64,000 nucleotides of DNA, taken from assembly GCA_964620905.1 (NCBI GenBank), contig CAZUKA010000001.1:298589-362588 (forward strand), given 5' to 3'. Made by a program: the position numbers and the translations under genes. Each line of letters starts with the position of its first letter. Position 1 is the first letter of the stretch. This DNA comes from an uncultured Gammaproteobacteria bacterium. GTDB lineage: Bacteria; Patescibacteriota; Patescibacteriia; S139-126. The notes below the pieces were generated by a model, which searched no databases, was not told the origin of the DNA, and saw nothing but the letters and a program-made list of their open reading frames with translations. Positions 54,722 through 64,000 of the stretch are shown piece after piece.

Positions 54722-55789
54722 TTAGCCATTATCCACTCGACCACTCCCCTTATACTGCCAAGGATAATCCATAAAATCTTTCAAAAAAATACTCAAAATA
54801 ATAGCCACCGGAATTGAAATAATTGCCCCCACTGGGCCGCCAATTTTAGCACCAATTAAAATTGATAAAATCACAATCACCGGATTAAGCCCCACGGCCT
54901 TAGACATTATCTTTGGAGTGAGAAAACTATTTTCGATTTGTTGAATAAAAAAATAAAGTAATATAGTAAATACACCCATCCAAGGAGAAAGTGTAAAGCC
55001 AATTAGCACACCAGGCAACGCTCCTAAAAAAGGCCCCACATAAGGTATTATTTCAGTAATTGCAGCGATTAAAGCCAGGACAAAAGCATATTTGATACCC
55101 AATATTTTTAAACCAATATATACTAAAGTACCAACCGCCAAACTCAAAATCATTTGCCCTCGCAACCATTGACCCATACGTAAAGAAATGCGATCCATTA
55201 ATTCTATTAAATATGACTGATATTTTTTGGGGCTAATAGAAGTGATAAATTTTTTCGTATTATCTTCTTCAATTATCATATAAAAAGTCATGACCAAAAC
55301 GGAAAATAAAGAAATAACACCACCAAATACTCCTCCAACAAAAGTAAGTACATTACCGGAAGTTTGTCCAACATTAGCTTGCCAACCGCTTAAGAGTGTT
55401 CTTAAATTTCCAATCACCTCTTGACCCACGGCAGTTGTTCTGATATTTGTCAACCAGGAAGTAAACTGATCAATAAAACGAGGTAAATTTTTTATTAACT
55501 CATTGGCCTGTTCTATTACGACTGGTACCATCAAACCAACGGCCAAAGAAAAGAATCCTAAAACAATAATATAAATTCCCAAAATACTAAAACCCCTAGG
55601 AATTTTTTTCTTTTGCATCCAATCAACCCAAGGATCAAAAGCGGACGATAATACAATAGCAATAAGCAACAAAAACAAAATATCACGCACTAACCAAACA
55701 AAACCTATAATCAATAAGACTGCAATAACCTTAAAGAAAGTTAGAGTGGATACTGTTACCATCACAGGTTGTTTGTTGTCACCGTTCAT
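54722..55789 (-). CDS. AI-2E family transporter (PerM/YhhT-like permease)
   Basis: 355 aa, 8 TM, with conserved GxxLxxxxxxIPxxGP-like segments (IPYVGPFLGALPG). Confidence 0.8.
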   Translation of the reverse strand: MNGDNKQPVMVTVSTLTFFKVIAVLLIIGFVWLVRDILFLLLIAIVLSSAFDPWVDWMQKKKIPRGFSILGIYIIVLGFFSLAVGLMVPVVIEQANELIKNLPRFIDQFTSWLTNIRTTAVGQEVIGNLRTLLSGWQANVGQTSGNVLTFVGGVFGGVISLFSVLVMTFYMIIEEDNTKKFITSISPKKYQSYLIELMDRISLRMGQWLRGQMILSLAVGTLVYIGLKILGIKYAFVLALIAAITEIIPYVGPFLGALPGVLIGFTLSPWMGVFTILLYFFIQQIENSFLTPKIMSKAVGLNPVIVILSILIGAKIGGPVGAIISIPVAIILSIFLKDFMDYPWQYKGSGRVDNG

Positions 55790-55799
55790 ATGTTTAAAA

Positions 55800-57071
55800 T
55801 TAAAAATTAATCAGTTTAAACAAATTTTCTTTACTTAAACCACCACCCACTACAGCCAGATTTAATCGGTGCGAATCAATAATTCTCTGCCAAGCAGACC
55901 TGGCTGATGATAATTTTACCTCCTTAACTTTAGCCAGATACTGTAGCGGCGTTTCTAAAGGCAAATTATCTAACCAACGATCAGCATACCATTGAGCAAT
56001 ACGCGAACTGTCTTCAAAAGCCAAAATTGATTTGCCGTGAATATAATTTTTGGCTTTATCAAATTCTACTGACGATAATCCGCGTTTTTTCAAACTAACA
56101 AACTCCTTGGTTATCAAACTCACAGCCTGCAGCAAACGATCTTTATCCAGACCAGCATAAACTGCCCAAGTGCCGTTGTCAGCGAATGAATTTACTTGCG
56201 AACGAATATAATAACCTAGACCTTCGCGTTCCCTGATATTTATGAACAGACGTGAACTCATATTGCCTCCAAAAGCCACATTGGCGATTTTTAAAGGTAA
56301 AGTATGGATGGAGTTGTGTTTTATATCACCCACAAAACCCAAAGCCATATGAATTTGTTCAGTGGGTTTTTCTTTCAAAAAAACTTTGGCTTTATTTTGC
56401 CTAATAATATTTTTCTTGAAGTTGCCTTTTTTTCCAGGTTTTATTTGACCAAAAAATTTTTCAACTTGTCTAGTTACACTCGGTTGATCAATATGCCCAG
56501 CTACCACTACCAGCATATTTTTGGCAGTATAATAACGATGAAAAAACTTTATAAAATCCTTTTTTTTAAAAGCTGAAACTGTATCTTTGCTACCAGCAAT
56601 ATTTTTACCCAGTTGACTCTGAGGAAAAGCTGATTCATCAAAAACATCTTCCAATATCATCATTGGCGCGTCTTCATACATATTTATCTCTTCGATTATC
56701 ACTCCCTTTTCCCGTTCAATTTCTTTCTTAGCAAATAAAGAATACTGTAACATATCAGCCAATATATCCAAAGCCAATACTAAGTACTGGGCGTCAGTTT
56801 TTATATAATAGCAAGTATATTCCTTACCGGTAAAAGCGTTATAATCAGCACCGATTGAATCAAGTTCACGAGAAATTTTCAAAGTTGATGGCCGTCTAGT
56901 TGTCCCTTTGAACATCATATGTTCCGTAAAATGAGCTAAACCATTGGTTCTATCAGTTTCATAACGAGAGCCAACTCTGACTGCCACCAACACTGTCACC
57001 GCCTTAGTCCCCGCCAAAGGACTAATAACAGAAGTTAAGCCATTTTTATATTTTACCTGCTGAAACATCAA
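55800..57071 (-). CDS. M16 family (insulinase/pitrilysin-like) zinc peptidase
   Basis: Inverted zinc motif HFTEHMMFKGT plus the downstream Glu region. 423 aa. Confidence 0.85.
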   Translation of the reverse strand: MMFQQVKYKNGLTSVISPLAGTKAVTVLVAVRVGSRYETDRTNGLAHFTEHMMFKGTTRRPSTLKISRELDSIGADYNAFTGKEYTCYYIKTDAQYLVLALDILADMLQYSLFAKKEIEREKGVIIEEINMYEDAPMMILEDVFDESAFPQSQLGKNIAGSKDTVSAFKKKDFIKFFHRYYTAKNMLVVVAGHIDQPSVTRQVEKFFGQIKPGKKGNFKKNIIRQNKAKVFLKEKPTEQIHMALGFVGDIKHNSIHTLPLKIANVAFGGNMSSRLFINIREREGLGYYIRSQVNSFADNGTWAVYAGLDKDRLLQAVSLITKEFVSLKKRGLSSVEFDKAKNYIHGKSILAFEDSSRIAQWYADRWLDNLPLETPLQYLAKVKEVKLSSARSAWQRIIDSHRLNLAVVGGGLSKENLFKLINF

Positions 57072-58462
57072 TTAAATTTATTTTTAAAATAATCAACCAG
57101 TTCTGCAATGGCAATACGTTCTTGCTGCATAGAATCACGATCGCGAACGGTTACTGATTTATCAGTGGAACTATCAAAATCAACAGTCAAACAATACGGC
57201 GTACCAATCTCATCCTGCCTTCGGTAGCGACGGCCGATAGATCCAGTTTCATCATATTGAACGTTGTAAAATTTATTTAACTGTCTAACTATTTCTCGTG
57301 CTTCAACCAACAATGGTTCTTTTTTAACCAAAGGTAAAACCGCAATTTTTACTGGTGCTAATTCATAGGGTAAACGCAAAACTACCTCGACATCTTTAGT
57401 CGCAGTAGTCGTGGTTGTCCGACCACCATCAATTTCAGTATAAGCTTCCAATAAAGTTACCAGAAATGTACGATCAACGCCTAATGATGGCTCTATAATA
57501 TGGGGTAAGTATTTTTCTTTACTCACTGGATCGGTATACTGCAAGTTCTGACCACTGAATTTCTGATGTTGAACCAAATCATAATCAGTCCGATAAGCCA
57601 AACCATACAACTCTTTACGACCAAACGGATAGTTGTATTCAAAATCAATTGTCCGACGCGAATAAAAAGCTCGTTCCTTTTCATCAATTTCGTGTAAAAA
57701 TAGATCCTCATTTTTAATACCTAAAAACTTGCACCAATTTTTCATTACTTCCAACCAATCAGTAAAATGTTTTTCCCAAACTTGGGGATGAACAAAATAT
57801 TCCACTTCCATTTGTTCAAACTCTCTAGTACGAAAAATAAAATTTTCTACTGTAATTTCATTACGGAAAGCCTTGCCAATTTGACCGATGCCAAAAGGAA
57901 CACGCAAACGCATGGCATCTACTACGTTTTTAAAATTTACAAAAATTCCCCCCGCTGTTTCTGGTCGTAGATAAACTTGTGCGGCTACTTCTTCCACCGG
58001 TCCCATAAAAGTTTTAAACATTAAGTTAAACTGCCGTACCGGCGTTAAATCACCGTTACAATCAGGACATTTAAATTCATCCAAAAAAAATGGTTTTTCC
58101 TTGTCATAACCGGGCACGATAGTATTGGCGGGTAAAATATGATCCGCTCGAAATCTTTTTTTACACTGTTTACAATCAATTAACGGATCAGTAAAATTCT
58201 GTACGTGTCCTGATGCTTCCCATACTTTGGGATGCATAATAATCGCTGCATCCAAACCAACCATATCCAAACGACTGGAAATAAACCTTTGCCACCAAGC
58301 ACGTTTTATATTGTTTTTCAGTTCCACACCCAAAGGACCATAATCATAAGCGGCTTGTAGTCCACCATATATTTCTGAGGAAGGAAAAATAAAACCGCGC
58401 CGCTTAAGTAGCGACACTAACTTATCCATTTTGTTTTCGCTAGCCGTTGAATTTTTTTCCAT
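57068..58462 (-). CDS. glyQS: Glycyl-tRNA synthetase (alpha2 dimeric type)
   Basis: LLKRRGFIFPSSEIYGG..YDYGPLG, class II motifs and an anticodon-binding C-terminus. Confidence 0.95.
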   Translation of the reverse strand: MEKNSTASENKMDKLVSLLKRRGFIFPSSEIYGGLQAAYDYGPLGVELKNNIKRAWWQRFISSRLDMVGLDAAIIMHPKVWEASGHVQNFTDPLIDCKQCKKRFRADHILPANTIVPGYDKEKPFFLDEFKCPDCNGDLTPVRQFNLMFKTFMGPVEEVAAQVYLRPETAGGIFVNFKNVVDAMRLRVPFGIGQIGKAFRNEITVENFIFRTREFEQMEVEYFVHPQVWEKHFTDWLEVMKNWCKFLGIKNEDLFLHEIDEKERAFYSRRTIDFEYNYPFGRKELYGLAYRTDYDLVQHQKFSGQNLQYTDPVSKEKYLPHIIEPSLGVDRTFLVTLLEAYTEIDGGRTTTTTATKDVEVVLRLPYELAPVKIAVLPLVKKEPLLVEAREIVRQLNKFYNVQYDETGSIGRRYRRQDEIGTPYCLTVDFDSSTDKSVTVRDRDSMQQERIAIAELVDYFKNKFN

Positions 58463-58529
58463 TTAAATATATTTTAGTTCATAATACCTAATAATTATAA
58501 TGAATAATGGCCATTTTGGCAAATTAAAA

Positions 58530-58547
58530 AGCGGCTAATCAGCCGCT
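58530..58547 (-). terminator. Intrinsic terminator
   Basis: AGCGGCT-aatc-AGCCGCT hairpin overlapping the stop of ORF 58539..59411. TTTTT on the minus strand. Confidence 0.6.
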
Positions 58548-59411
58548 GGATGGAAAGTAAAAAATTTTAATCTCATTGGGTAAAAAAAATTTATACAAAG
58601 ATAAAAACTCTGAGGTTTTGATCTTTAGCTTGTGGCTAGAAAAATTTTTTGAATATTTTATGAATCTTTGCTGTAACTCCTTTAATTCGGAGTAATTATT
58701 ATTGGATGTGATCAGTTTAACTTGATCCATAAAATATAATTTTTCTCCTTGTAGAAATGCCGGTTGGATTTTTTTTATGATAATATCTGTCGCAAAACTG
58801 CGAACTTTTTTGAAAAACAAATAACCACGTTTTAAATCGGCGGTATCAACCAAAAATTTTATTTCACTGATACCATATAAGGCAGGTCGAGTCATAACCT
58901 TTTCTAAAAAAGTTGCCAACAAAAAATGTTTCATGGGTAAAAATGATTGTTCATCAGCCACCAACTGCGGCCAAAAGGCGGGATCGGGTTTTAATGCAAT
59001 TTCGGTTGGACAAAAAAATTCTTGTCCTTTTACTTTTGTGTTAAAATTCATTACTTTTTCCCGACCGTTTAAAACATACTTCAGTAAAACCTGGTCATTT
59101 GTTTTGTCAGTAGTAAATCTCAATGTTTGATCTTTACCAAAACTTGCTTCCATGCCCATGGGTTTTAACTGATTGTCTTGAAAACAATAAAAATTGAAAA
59201 TTTGTGCCAATTTTGCTCTGGCGCCTTGAGCGATTTTTAATTTTTTAGGCTGGATAATACAGATCAAGGCTTGTTTATTATTTTTATCCGAAAATAATAT
59301 TTCATATTTTGGGAAATATTTTTTCCCACGAGTAACGACTGGTAAAAATGAAAAATCATTAATTACTTTCTGACACGCCTGATTGACTGCTCGCAAAAAA
59401 TTCTTTGCCAT
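58539..59411 (-). CDS. Hypothetical protein
   Basis: 290-aa ORF, monocistronic (divergent promoter region, own terminator). No family recognised. Confidence 0.5.
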   Translation of the reverse strand: MAKNFLRAVNQACQKVINDFSFLPVVTRGKKYFPKYEILFSDKNNKQALICIIQPKKLKIAQGARAKLAQIFNFYCFQDNQLKPMGMEASFGKDQTLRFTTDKTNDQVLLKYVLNGREKVMNFNTKVKGQEFFCPTEIALKPDPAFWPQLVADEQSFLPMKHFLLATFLEKVMTRPALYGISEIKFLVDTADLKRGYLFFKKVRSFATDIIIKKIQPAFLQGEKLYFMDQVKLITSNNNYSELKELQQRFIKYSKNFSSHKLKIKTSEFLSLYKFFLPNEIKIFYFPSSG

Positions 59412-59483
59412 TTTTTATCTCCTTTTTTTATGTTAATGTATTTCACAAAATTTTAATAAAAATAAAAATAAAAGTCAAATATC

Positions 59484-59492
59484 TGCTATAAT
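59484..59492 (+). promoter_or_regulatory. Extended -10 promoter (TGcTATAAT) for the pilin gene; likely leaderless transcript
   Basis: Perfect TGnTATAAT 6 nt upstream of the ATG at 59499 with no SD, implying a transcription start at or next to the start codon. Confidence 0.45.
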
Positions 59493-59498
59493 GTATTT

Positions 59499-59987
59499 AT
59501 GACTAAACGTGGTTTTAGTTTAATTGAAATATTAATTACTATCGCTATCATCGGCTTAATCAGTAGTATTGTTTTTATATCTCTGAGCGGAGTTAGAGAG
59601 AGATCGAGGGATACTAAAAGAAAAAGTGATATTGCCCAAATTGGTCGATTTTTAGCACTAGCTTGTTATGAACCAAATGCCGGAGATGGTAATTATGATT
59701 TGGCGGAATTAATCGACGAAATAAAAATAAAATTCCCTCAAATCAGTAGTTTTCTTTCCCACACACCGCGCGATCCAAAAATCGGCACTGATATGCAAAC
59801 TTATTATTATTATCTTTACTCAAGCGTGGATAAAAAATGTGCCCTTTATGCCAATTTAGAAAATGAGAATGAAACTATAACTTTACCAAATTTAAACCTA
59901 CCCACCCCCGGTGGCGGACAAGGAGTTTTACGAGCTAACAGTAATGGTCCCAACAACACTCCTATTTATTTTCAATACACCAACTAA
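59499..59987 (+). CDS. Type IV pilin / pseudopilin (prepilin-type N-terminal cleavage/methylation domain)
   Basis: MTKRG|FSLIEILITIAIIGLI is a canonical prepilin peptidase site with Glu+5. It is followed by ERSRDTKRKSDIAQI. Confidence 0.8.
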   Translation: MTKRGFSLIEILITIAIIGLISSIVFISLSGVRERSRDTKRKSDIAQIGRFLALACYEPNAGDGNYDLAELIDEIKIKFPQISSFLSHTPRDPKIGTDMQTYYYYLYSSVDKKCALYANLENENETITLPNLNLPTPGGGQGVLRANSNGPNNTPIYFQYTN

Positions 59988-59989
59988 AA

Positions 59990-60008
59990 ACGGTACAAAT
60001 TGTACCGT
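59990..60008. terminator. Bidirectional intrinsic terminator
   Basis: ACGGTACA-aat-TGTACCGT hairpin with an A-run upstream and TTTTTTATT downstream. Confidence 0.75.
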
Positions 60009-60011
60009 TTT

Positions 60012-61151
60012 TTATTGCCAATATTTTTTACCTTTTAATTCAGTGGGTAAATAATCATCTTGATCATATTTATCATAACCTTGACCATACTTCAAATCTT
60101 TTAAAAATCTTGTTGGCGCGTTTCTAATTTTTAAGGGTATGGGTAAGTTGCCATATTTTTTTACATCTTCACAAGCAGTTTGCCAACCATCATAAGCACT
60201 TCGGTCTTTTTTACAAGTAGCTAAATATACCGTGCCGTGAGCTAAATTGATAGCACCTTCTGGCAAGCCAACAGTTTCAACTGCTCGAAAAACTTCATTG
60301 GCTACTACCAAAGCGGTGGGTTGAGACATGCCTATATCTTCGCTAGCAAAAATAACCATCCGACGGGCAATAAATTTTGGATCTTCCCCAGCATCTATCA
60401 TTCGTGCCAAATAGTACAGTGCGGCATTGGGTTGACCGGCTCTCATACTTTTTATAAAAGCACTAATTGTATTGTAATGCTCTTCACCTTGTTTATCATA
60501 GCGTAAAAATTTAGCTTGCAAAGTATTTTTTAAATTATCTAAATTAATTGTTTGATAAAGATTGGCGGTATTTTCAATCATAGAAATAGCTTGTCTAGCA
60601 TCACCATTGGCCATATTTAATAACCAAGTCAGTTCTTCTTTTTTTAATTTATGACCAGTACGATTGATTATTTTAATCATATCTTTATCGGTCAATTCTT
60701 GCAGTACAAAGACCCGACAACGGGAAAGTAAAGGGGCAATTATTTCAAAACTTGGGTTTTCTGTTGTTGCACCAATTAATGTTAATTGGCCACTCTCTAC
60801 AAACGGCAATAAAAAATCCTGTTGCGATTTATTGAAACGATGAATTTCATCCAAAAATAAAACTTTGGGTTTATCAGCCTTAGTAGCGATAATCTTTCTA
60901 ATATCGTCTTTACCGGCCGATACAGCCGACAATTCAAAAAGTTGAGCTTGTAGGGCCTTAACGTAAATTCGTGCCAAAGTGGTTTTTCCCACACCCGGCG
61001 GACCCCATAAAACAAATGAAAATAAATGTTTTTTGGCAATCGCCACGCGCAAAGGCTTATTGACACCCACTAAATGTTCCTGACCACAAAATTCGTCTAA
61101 ATCTTTTGGTCTGATTTTATCTGCCAATGGTTGCATATTTATATTGTACAC
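60012..61151 (-). CDS. rarA: Replication-associated recombination protein A (AAA+ ATPase MgsA/RarA)
   Basis: Walker A LWGPPGVGKTT, Walker B VLFLDEIHRFNKSQQD, sensor and C-terminal MgsA helical domain. Confidence 0.9.
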   Translation of the reverse strand: MYNINMQPLADKIRPKDLDEFCGQEHLVGVNKPLRVAIAKKHLFSFVLWGPPGVGKTTLARIYVKALQAQLFELSAVSAGKDDIRKIIATKADKPKVLFLDEIHRFNKSQQDFLLPFVESGQLTLIGATTENPSFEIIAPLLSRCRVFVLQELTDKDMIKIINRTGHKLKKEELTWLLNMANGDARQAISMIENTANLYQTINLDNLKNTLQAKFLRYDKQGEEHYNTISAFIKSMRAGQPNAALYYLARMIDAGEDPKFIARRMVIFASEDIGMSQPTALVVANEVFRAVETVGLPEGAINLAHGTVYLATCKKDRSAYDGWQTACEDVKKYGNLPIPLKIRNAPTRFLKDLKYGQGYDKYDQDDYLPTELKGKKYWQ

Positions 61152-61272
61152 ATCTAATCCAAATAAAAAAAGCTCAATAATTTTGAGTTAATTTCACTTT
61201 TAATCCAGACTCACTGATCAATATCATTTTAACTCATATTAAAAATTTAAAAAAAATGTTATAATAAAAACA

Positions 61273-61770
61273 ATGAAAAAAAATTCAAAACCAACAAATA
61301 AATTGCGAGTCGGTTGGTTCACTTTTAGTTGCTGCGAAGACAGCACTGTGCTCTTTACTGAACTTCTGAATGATCATTGGCAAGACTGGTTGCCTTATTT
61401 AGATTTTAAACACGCCAAAGTATTACAATCACGCAATGTCCTAACCGATATGGATGTGGCCTTTGTTGAAGGTGCGATTGCATCTCAAGAAAAAGAAAAA
61501 GAGTTAAAAAAAATTAGAGCCAAAACCAAAGTCTTAGTAGCAATCGGCGCCTGTGCAGTTACCGGCATGCCATCTGCTCAACGCAACGAATTTCCTGAAG
61601 AGGTTAGACAGGAAATTGATTTTTTACTCACCAAATTCAATTATGGTGATCAAGTAAAAAAACTTGAGGAACTAGTAAAAGTTGATGCCAAAGTTCCCGG
61701 TTGTCCTATGAACGAACAAAAGTTTGTTGAACTTATGGAAGAAATGTTTAAACAATTTAATATAAAATAA
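61273..61770 (+). CDS. [NiFe] hydrogenase small subunit, group-3b-like (HydD/delta-like), truncated to the proximal-cluster domain
   Basis: KLRVGWFTFSCCEDS, VAFVEGAIAS, KVLVAIGACAVTGMP, KVDAKVPGCPM align with the N-terminal half of sulfhydrogenase delta/NuoB-like small subunits. There are 4 Cys only, and 165 aa. Confidence 0.75.
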   Translation: MKKNSKPTNKLRVGWFTFSCCEDSTVLFTELLNDHWQDWLPYLDFKHAKVLQSRNVLTDMDVAFVEGAIASQEKEKELKKIRAKTKVLVAIGACAVTGMPSAQRNEFPEEVRQEIDFLLTKFNYGDQVKKLEELVKVDAKVPGCPMNEQKFVELMEEMFKQFNIK

Positions 61771-63063
61771 ATGCACCTTATTGACTTTGATTTAAATATC
61801 AATGAAATCACCAAAGTAGAAGGATCAGCGGGACTTGATGTCAAAGTTACTGGTGGTAAAGTCGAGTATGTAAAATTTAAAGTTCAAGACTATAAAAGAT
61901 TTTATACTCAAGCTATCCAAGGAAAGCCAATTGCTGCTGTCCCTCAACTCTTATCCAGAATTTGTGGCACCTGTAGTATCGCCCATCTAATTGCCAGTAT
62001 TGAAGCCGTAGAAAAAACTTTAGGTTATCAGCCCACTCCGCAAACAAAAATTCTTCGCGATCTTACCTATCACGGATTGATTATTAGAGACCACGCTCTT
62101 CATCTTTATGTTTTTGTTCTGCCAGATTTATTTAATAAAGATTCTTTACTTGAATTTGATGAAACCGACAAATTACAACACCAGCTTCTCCATGATACTT
62201 TTGCTGTCAAAAGTGTTGGCAACAACTTAGCTAAATATACCGCCGGGCGTAGTGTCCATGCGCCATTCCCAGTACCCGGAGGATTTTTAAAAATTCCTGA
62301 CAATCAAGGTAAAACTGCTTTGCTTGAAGAAATGGAAAAAGTTAGACCAGCAGTTTTGAGGTTAATCGAGCTATTTTTAAATTCTACTGACACTCTGATT
62401 CGCCCAACCAACTACGCAGCATTAACCAGTGATAATTATTCATACCTTGAAGGTAAGCTTAGCGATCTCAATGGCGTTATCGCCGAAGAAGCAGAATTTC
62501 GCAATCACCTGGAACATGTAGTACTACCTTATTCCCAAGCTTCTGCTTATACCTTTGCTGGTCAACCCTACCGCGTGGGAGCGCTGGCTAGAATAAATCT
62601 GAACCAACAAGCCCTAAACCACCGAACCAAAAGAGATTGTAGTCAGGCTCTACAAGTCTTTCCTTCTCATAATGCTTACCACAACAACTTAGCCCAAGCT
62701 ATTGAAATCTTACACTCTATTGACGACACTATTGACCTTTTGAAATCAAATAATTTTCAACCGGAAAAACCAAATAAACTCGATATCAGACAAGCCACTG
62801 GCGTAGGTGTAGTAGAAGCTCCTAGGGGAACACTTTATCATAAACTTGAAATTGATGAAAAAGGAATAGTTACTAAAGGTGAAGTAATAGTACCAACTGG
62901 CCAAAATCAAATTACTATTGAACTTGATATTGCTGAATACATCCAAAAAAATCTTGACCAACCAAAAAAAGAGCTGGCTTTAGCTTGTGAAAAAATTATC
63001 CGTGCTTATGACCCCTGTATGAGCTGCGCTTCTCATTTTTTGGAAGTTAATTGGTTAGAATAG
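61771..63063 (+). CDS. [NiFe] hydrogenase large subunit (group 3-like, 430 aa)
   Basis: N-terminal L1 motif RICGTCSIAH and C-terminal L2 motif DPCMSCASH, followed by an 8-residue extension (FLEVNWLE). The ATG directly follows the small-subunit TAA. Confidence 0.9.
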   Translation: MHLIDFDLNINEITKVEGSAGLDVKVTGGKVEYVKFKVQDYKRFYTQAIQGKPIAAVPQLLSRICGTCSIAHLIASIEAVEKTLGYQPTPQTKILRDLTYHGLIIRDHALHLYVFVLPDLFNKDSLLEFDETDKLQHQLLHDTFAVKSVGNNLAKYTAGRSVHAPFPVPGGFLKIPDNQGKTALLEEMEKVRPAVLRLIELFLNSTDTLIRPTNYAALTSDNYSYLEGKLSDLNGVIAEEAEFRNHLEHVVLPYSQASAYTFAGQPYRVGALARINLNQQALNHRTKRDCSQALQVFPSHNAYHNNLAQAIEILHSIDDTIDLLKSNNFQPEKPNKLDIRQATGVGVVEAPRGTLYHKLEIDEKGIVTKGEVIVPTGQNQITIELDIAEYIQKNLDQPKKELALACEKIIRAYDPCMSCASHFLEVNWLE

Positions 63064-63421
63064 CCACTACCTTTTTAGCTAATAATTTAATATCCCCTTG
63101 CGATGGGATACCAATAATCCTTAAGGAGAGTTCGGGATTTATTTTTTTTATAAGTTTAAGTTCAGTAGCTAGATCATAATCATGTAAACTAAACCGACGC
63201 TGGTCTTTTATTTTATCGAGATCAGTAATTAAACATACTTGATCTAAATTTTTGACTACATCAATAATCCACCAAATAGATTCGGCGGGAGGAATGATTT
63301 GCTCTTGCGGATCTTGATGAATAAATTCCGCTGCAGGCATCATTTTTTTTAAATAAGGCACCAGTTTTAGCGCCAGGGAATCTTCTGGTAAATTAGGGTT
63401 GCCAAAAACGGATATTCTCAT
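63047..63421 (-). CDS. Hydrogenase maturation endopeptidase (HycI/HybD family)
   Basis: MRISVFGNPNLPEDSLALKLVPYL...FIHQDPQEQII...WIIDVV matches the maturation protease N-terminal pattern (MrilvlGiGN.l..Ddg.G..v...L). Overlaps the large-subunit 3' end, convergent. Confidence 0.7.
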   Translation of the reverse strand: MRISVFGNPNLPEDSLALKLVPYLKKMMPAAEFIHQDPQEQIIPPAESIWWIIDVVKNLDQVCLITDLDKIKDQRRFSLHDYDLATELKLIKKINPELSLRIIGIPSQGDIKLLAKKVVAILTN

Positions 63422-64000
63422 TTTTGAAATTTAATTTTTCCTTTTTTTATGTCTTGAGGTTGTTTGAGCGATTTAATCTTTTGGGGATGTAAAATATTAT
63501 CAACGACATTCTGTGAGAAAATTTTAGCATCAGAAAAATCAATAATTATATTTTTTCTTATGATTGCCTGTTGCCAAATATTAAAATAAATATTATTTAA
63601 CTGCAACTGGTAAATGTTATCAAGTATTTCATCTTTATTTCCTACCGCCACAACTACTCCAAAATGGTGATAAACCAAATTGCCAACTTCTGCTTTTAAT
63701 TCTGTGGGTAACAAAACTTTTTTGAAAATTATATTTCCCAATGTTGTTTTTGTATGCAAAGTGACCAACCTTTTTTTAGAAACATAATCAATTTTTGTTA
63801 ATCGAGAAATATTCAATAAATGAGCCAGCGCATAGGCTGGGCCGTTCTGCCTATCAATTTGATTGTTTTTGATATCGTCAGCGTGATCCAATGCAAAACA
63901 ACGCAAAATGTCACTCTCCCCCAATTGGATTAAATGATGATGTTGGGCATATTTAGCCAAAGTTGACGGTGCGGCAGTAATAATATGTTGTCCTAAATCT
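63418..64000 (-). CDS. Hypothetical protein, partial (the reading frame stays open upstream to the window edge)
   Basis: The frame is open from 64000 down to stop TGA at 63418. The track start at 63960 is an internal TTG. ATGA overlap with the protease gene suggests co-transcription. Confidence 0.4.
   Translation of the reverse strand, partial: DLGQHIITAAPSTLAKYAQHHHLIQLGESDILRCFALDHADDIKNNQIDRQNGPAYALAHLLNISRLTKIDYVSKKRLVTLHTKTTLGNIIFKKVLLPTELKAEVGNLVYHHFGVVVAVGNKDEILDNIYQLQLNNIYFNIWQQAIIRKNIIIDFSDAKIFSQNVVDNILHPQKIKSLKQPQDIKKGKIKFQK

Overview
This is a low-GC (about 35%) bacterial chromosome segment with standard genetic code, densely packed and dominated by housekeeping genes. The gene content and protein style (compact tRNA synthetases, type IV pilin-like proteins, UvrD helicase fused to a Cas4-type nuclease, group-3b-like NiFe hydrogenase) are consistent with a Patescibacteria/CPR-like organism; that is inference, not proven. 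Main blocks, left to right: rplY, a SEDS protein and dnaE; thrS, a small accessory islet, then miaB-miaA; gatB and a deoxythymidylate metabolism supercluster (tmk, tdk, folA, thyA, dut, dCMP deaminase) with embedded membrane proteins and a P-loop kinase; secE-nusG-rplK-rplA; gyrB, pheT and pheS; a cation/H+ antiporter; an operon of a UvrD-like helicase-nuclease plus two paralogous phosphohistidine swivel-domain proteins; a full F1Fo ATP synthase operon; rmuC, tatD, cvpA, metG, rsmI, an AI-2E permease, an M16 peptidase, glyQS, a pilin and rarA; and a minimal two-subunit [NiFe] hydrogenase with a convergent maturation protease. No rRNA, tRNA, CRISPR array or obvious mobile element was found. One promoter-to-terminator non-coding interval (8975-9212) is a candidate sRNA. 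The most unusual content is the helicase-nuclease plus twin swivel-domain operon, the stripped-down hydrogenase locus, the thymidylate cluster and the break in the canonical rplKAJL context.
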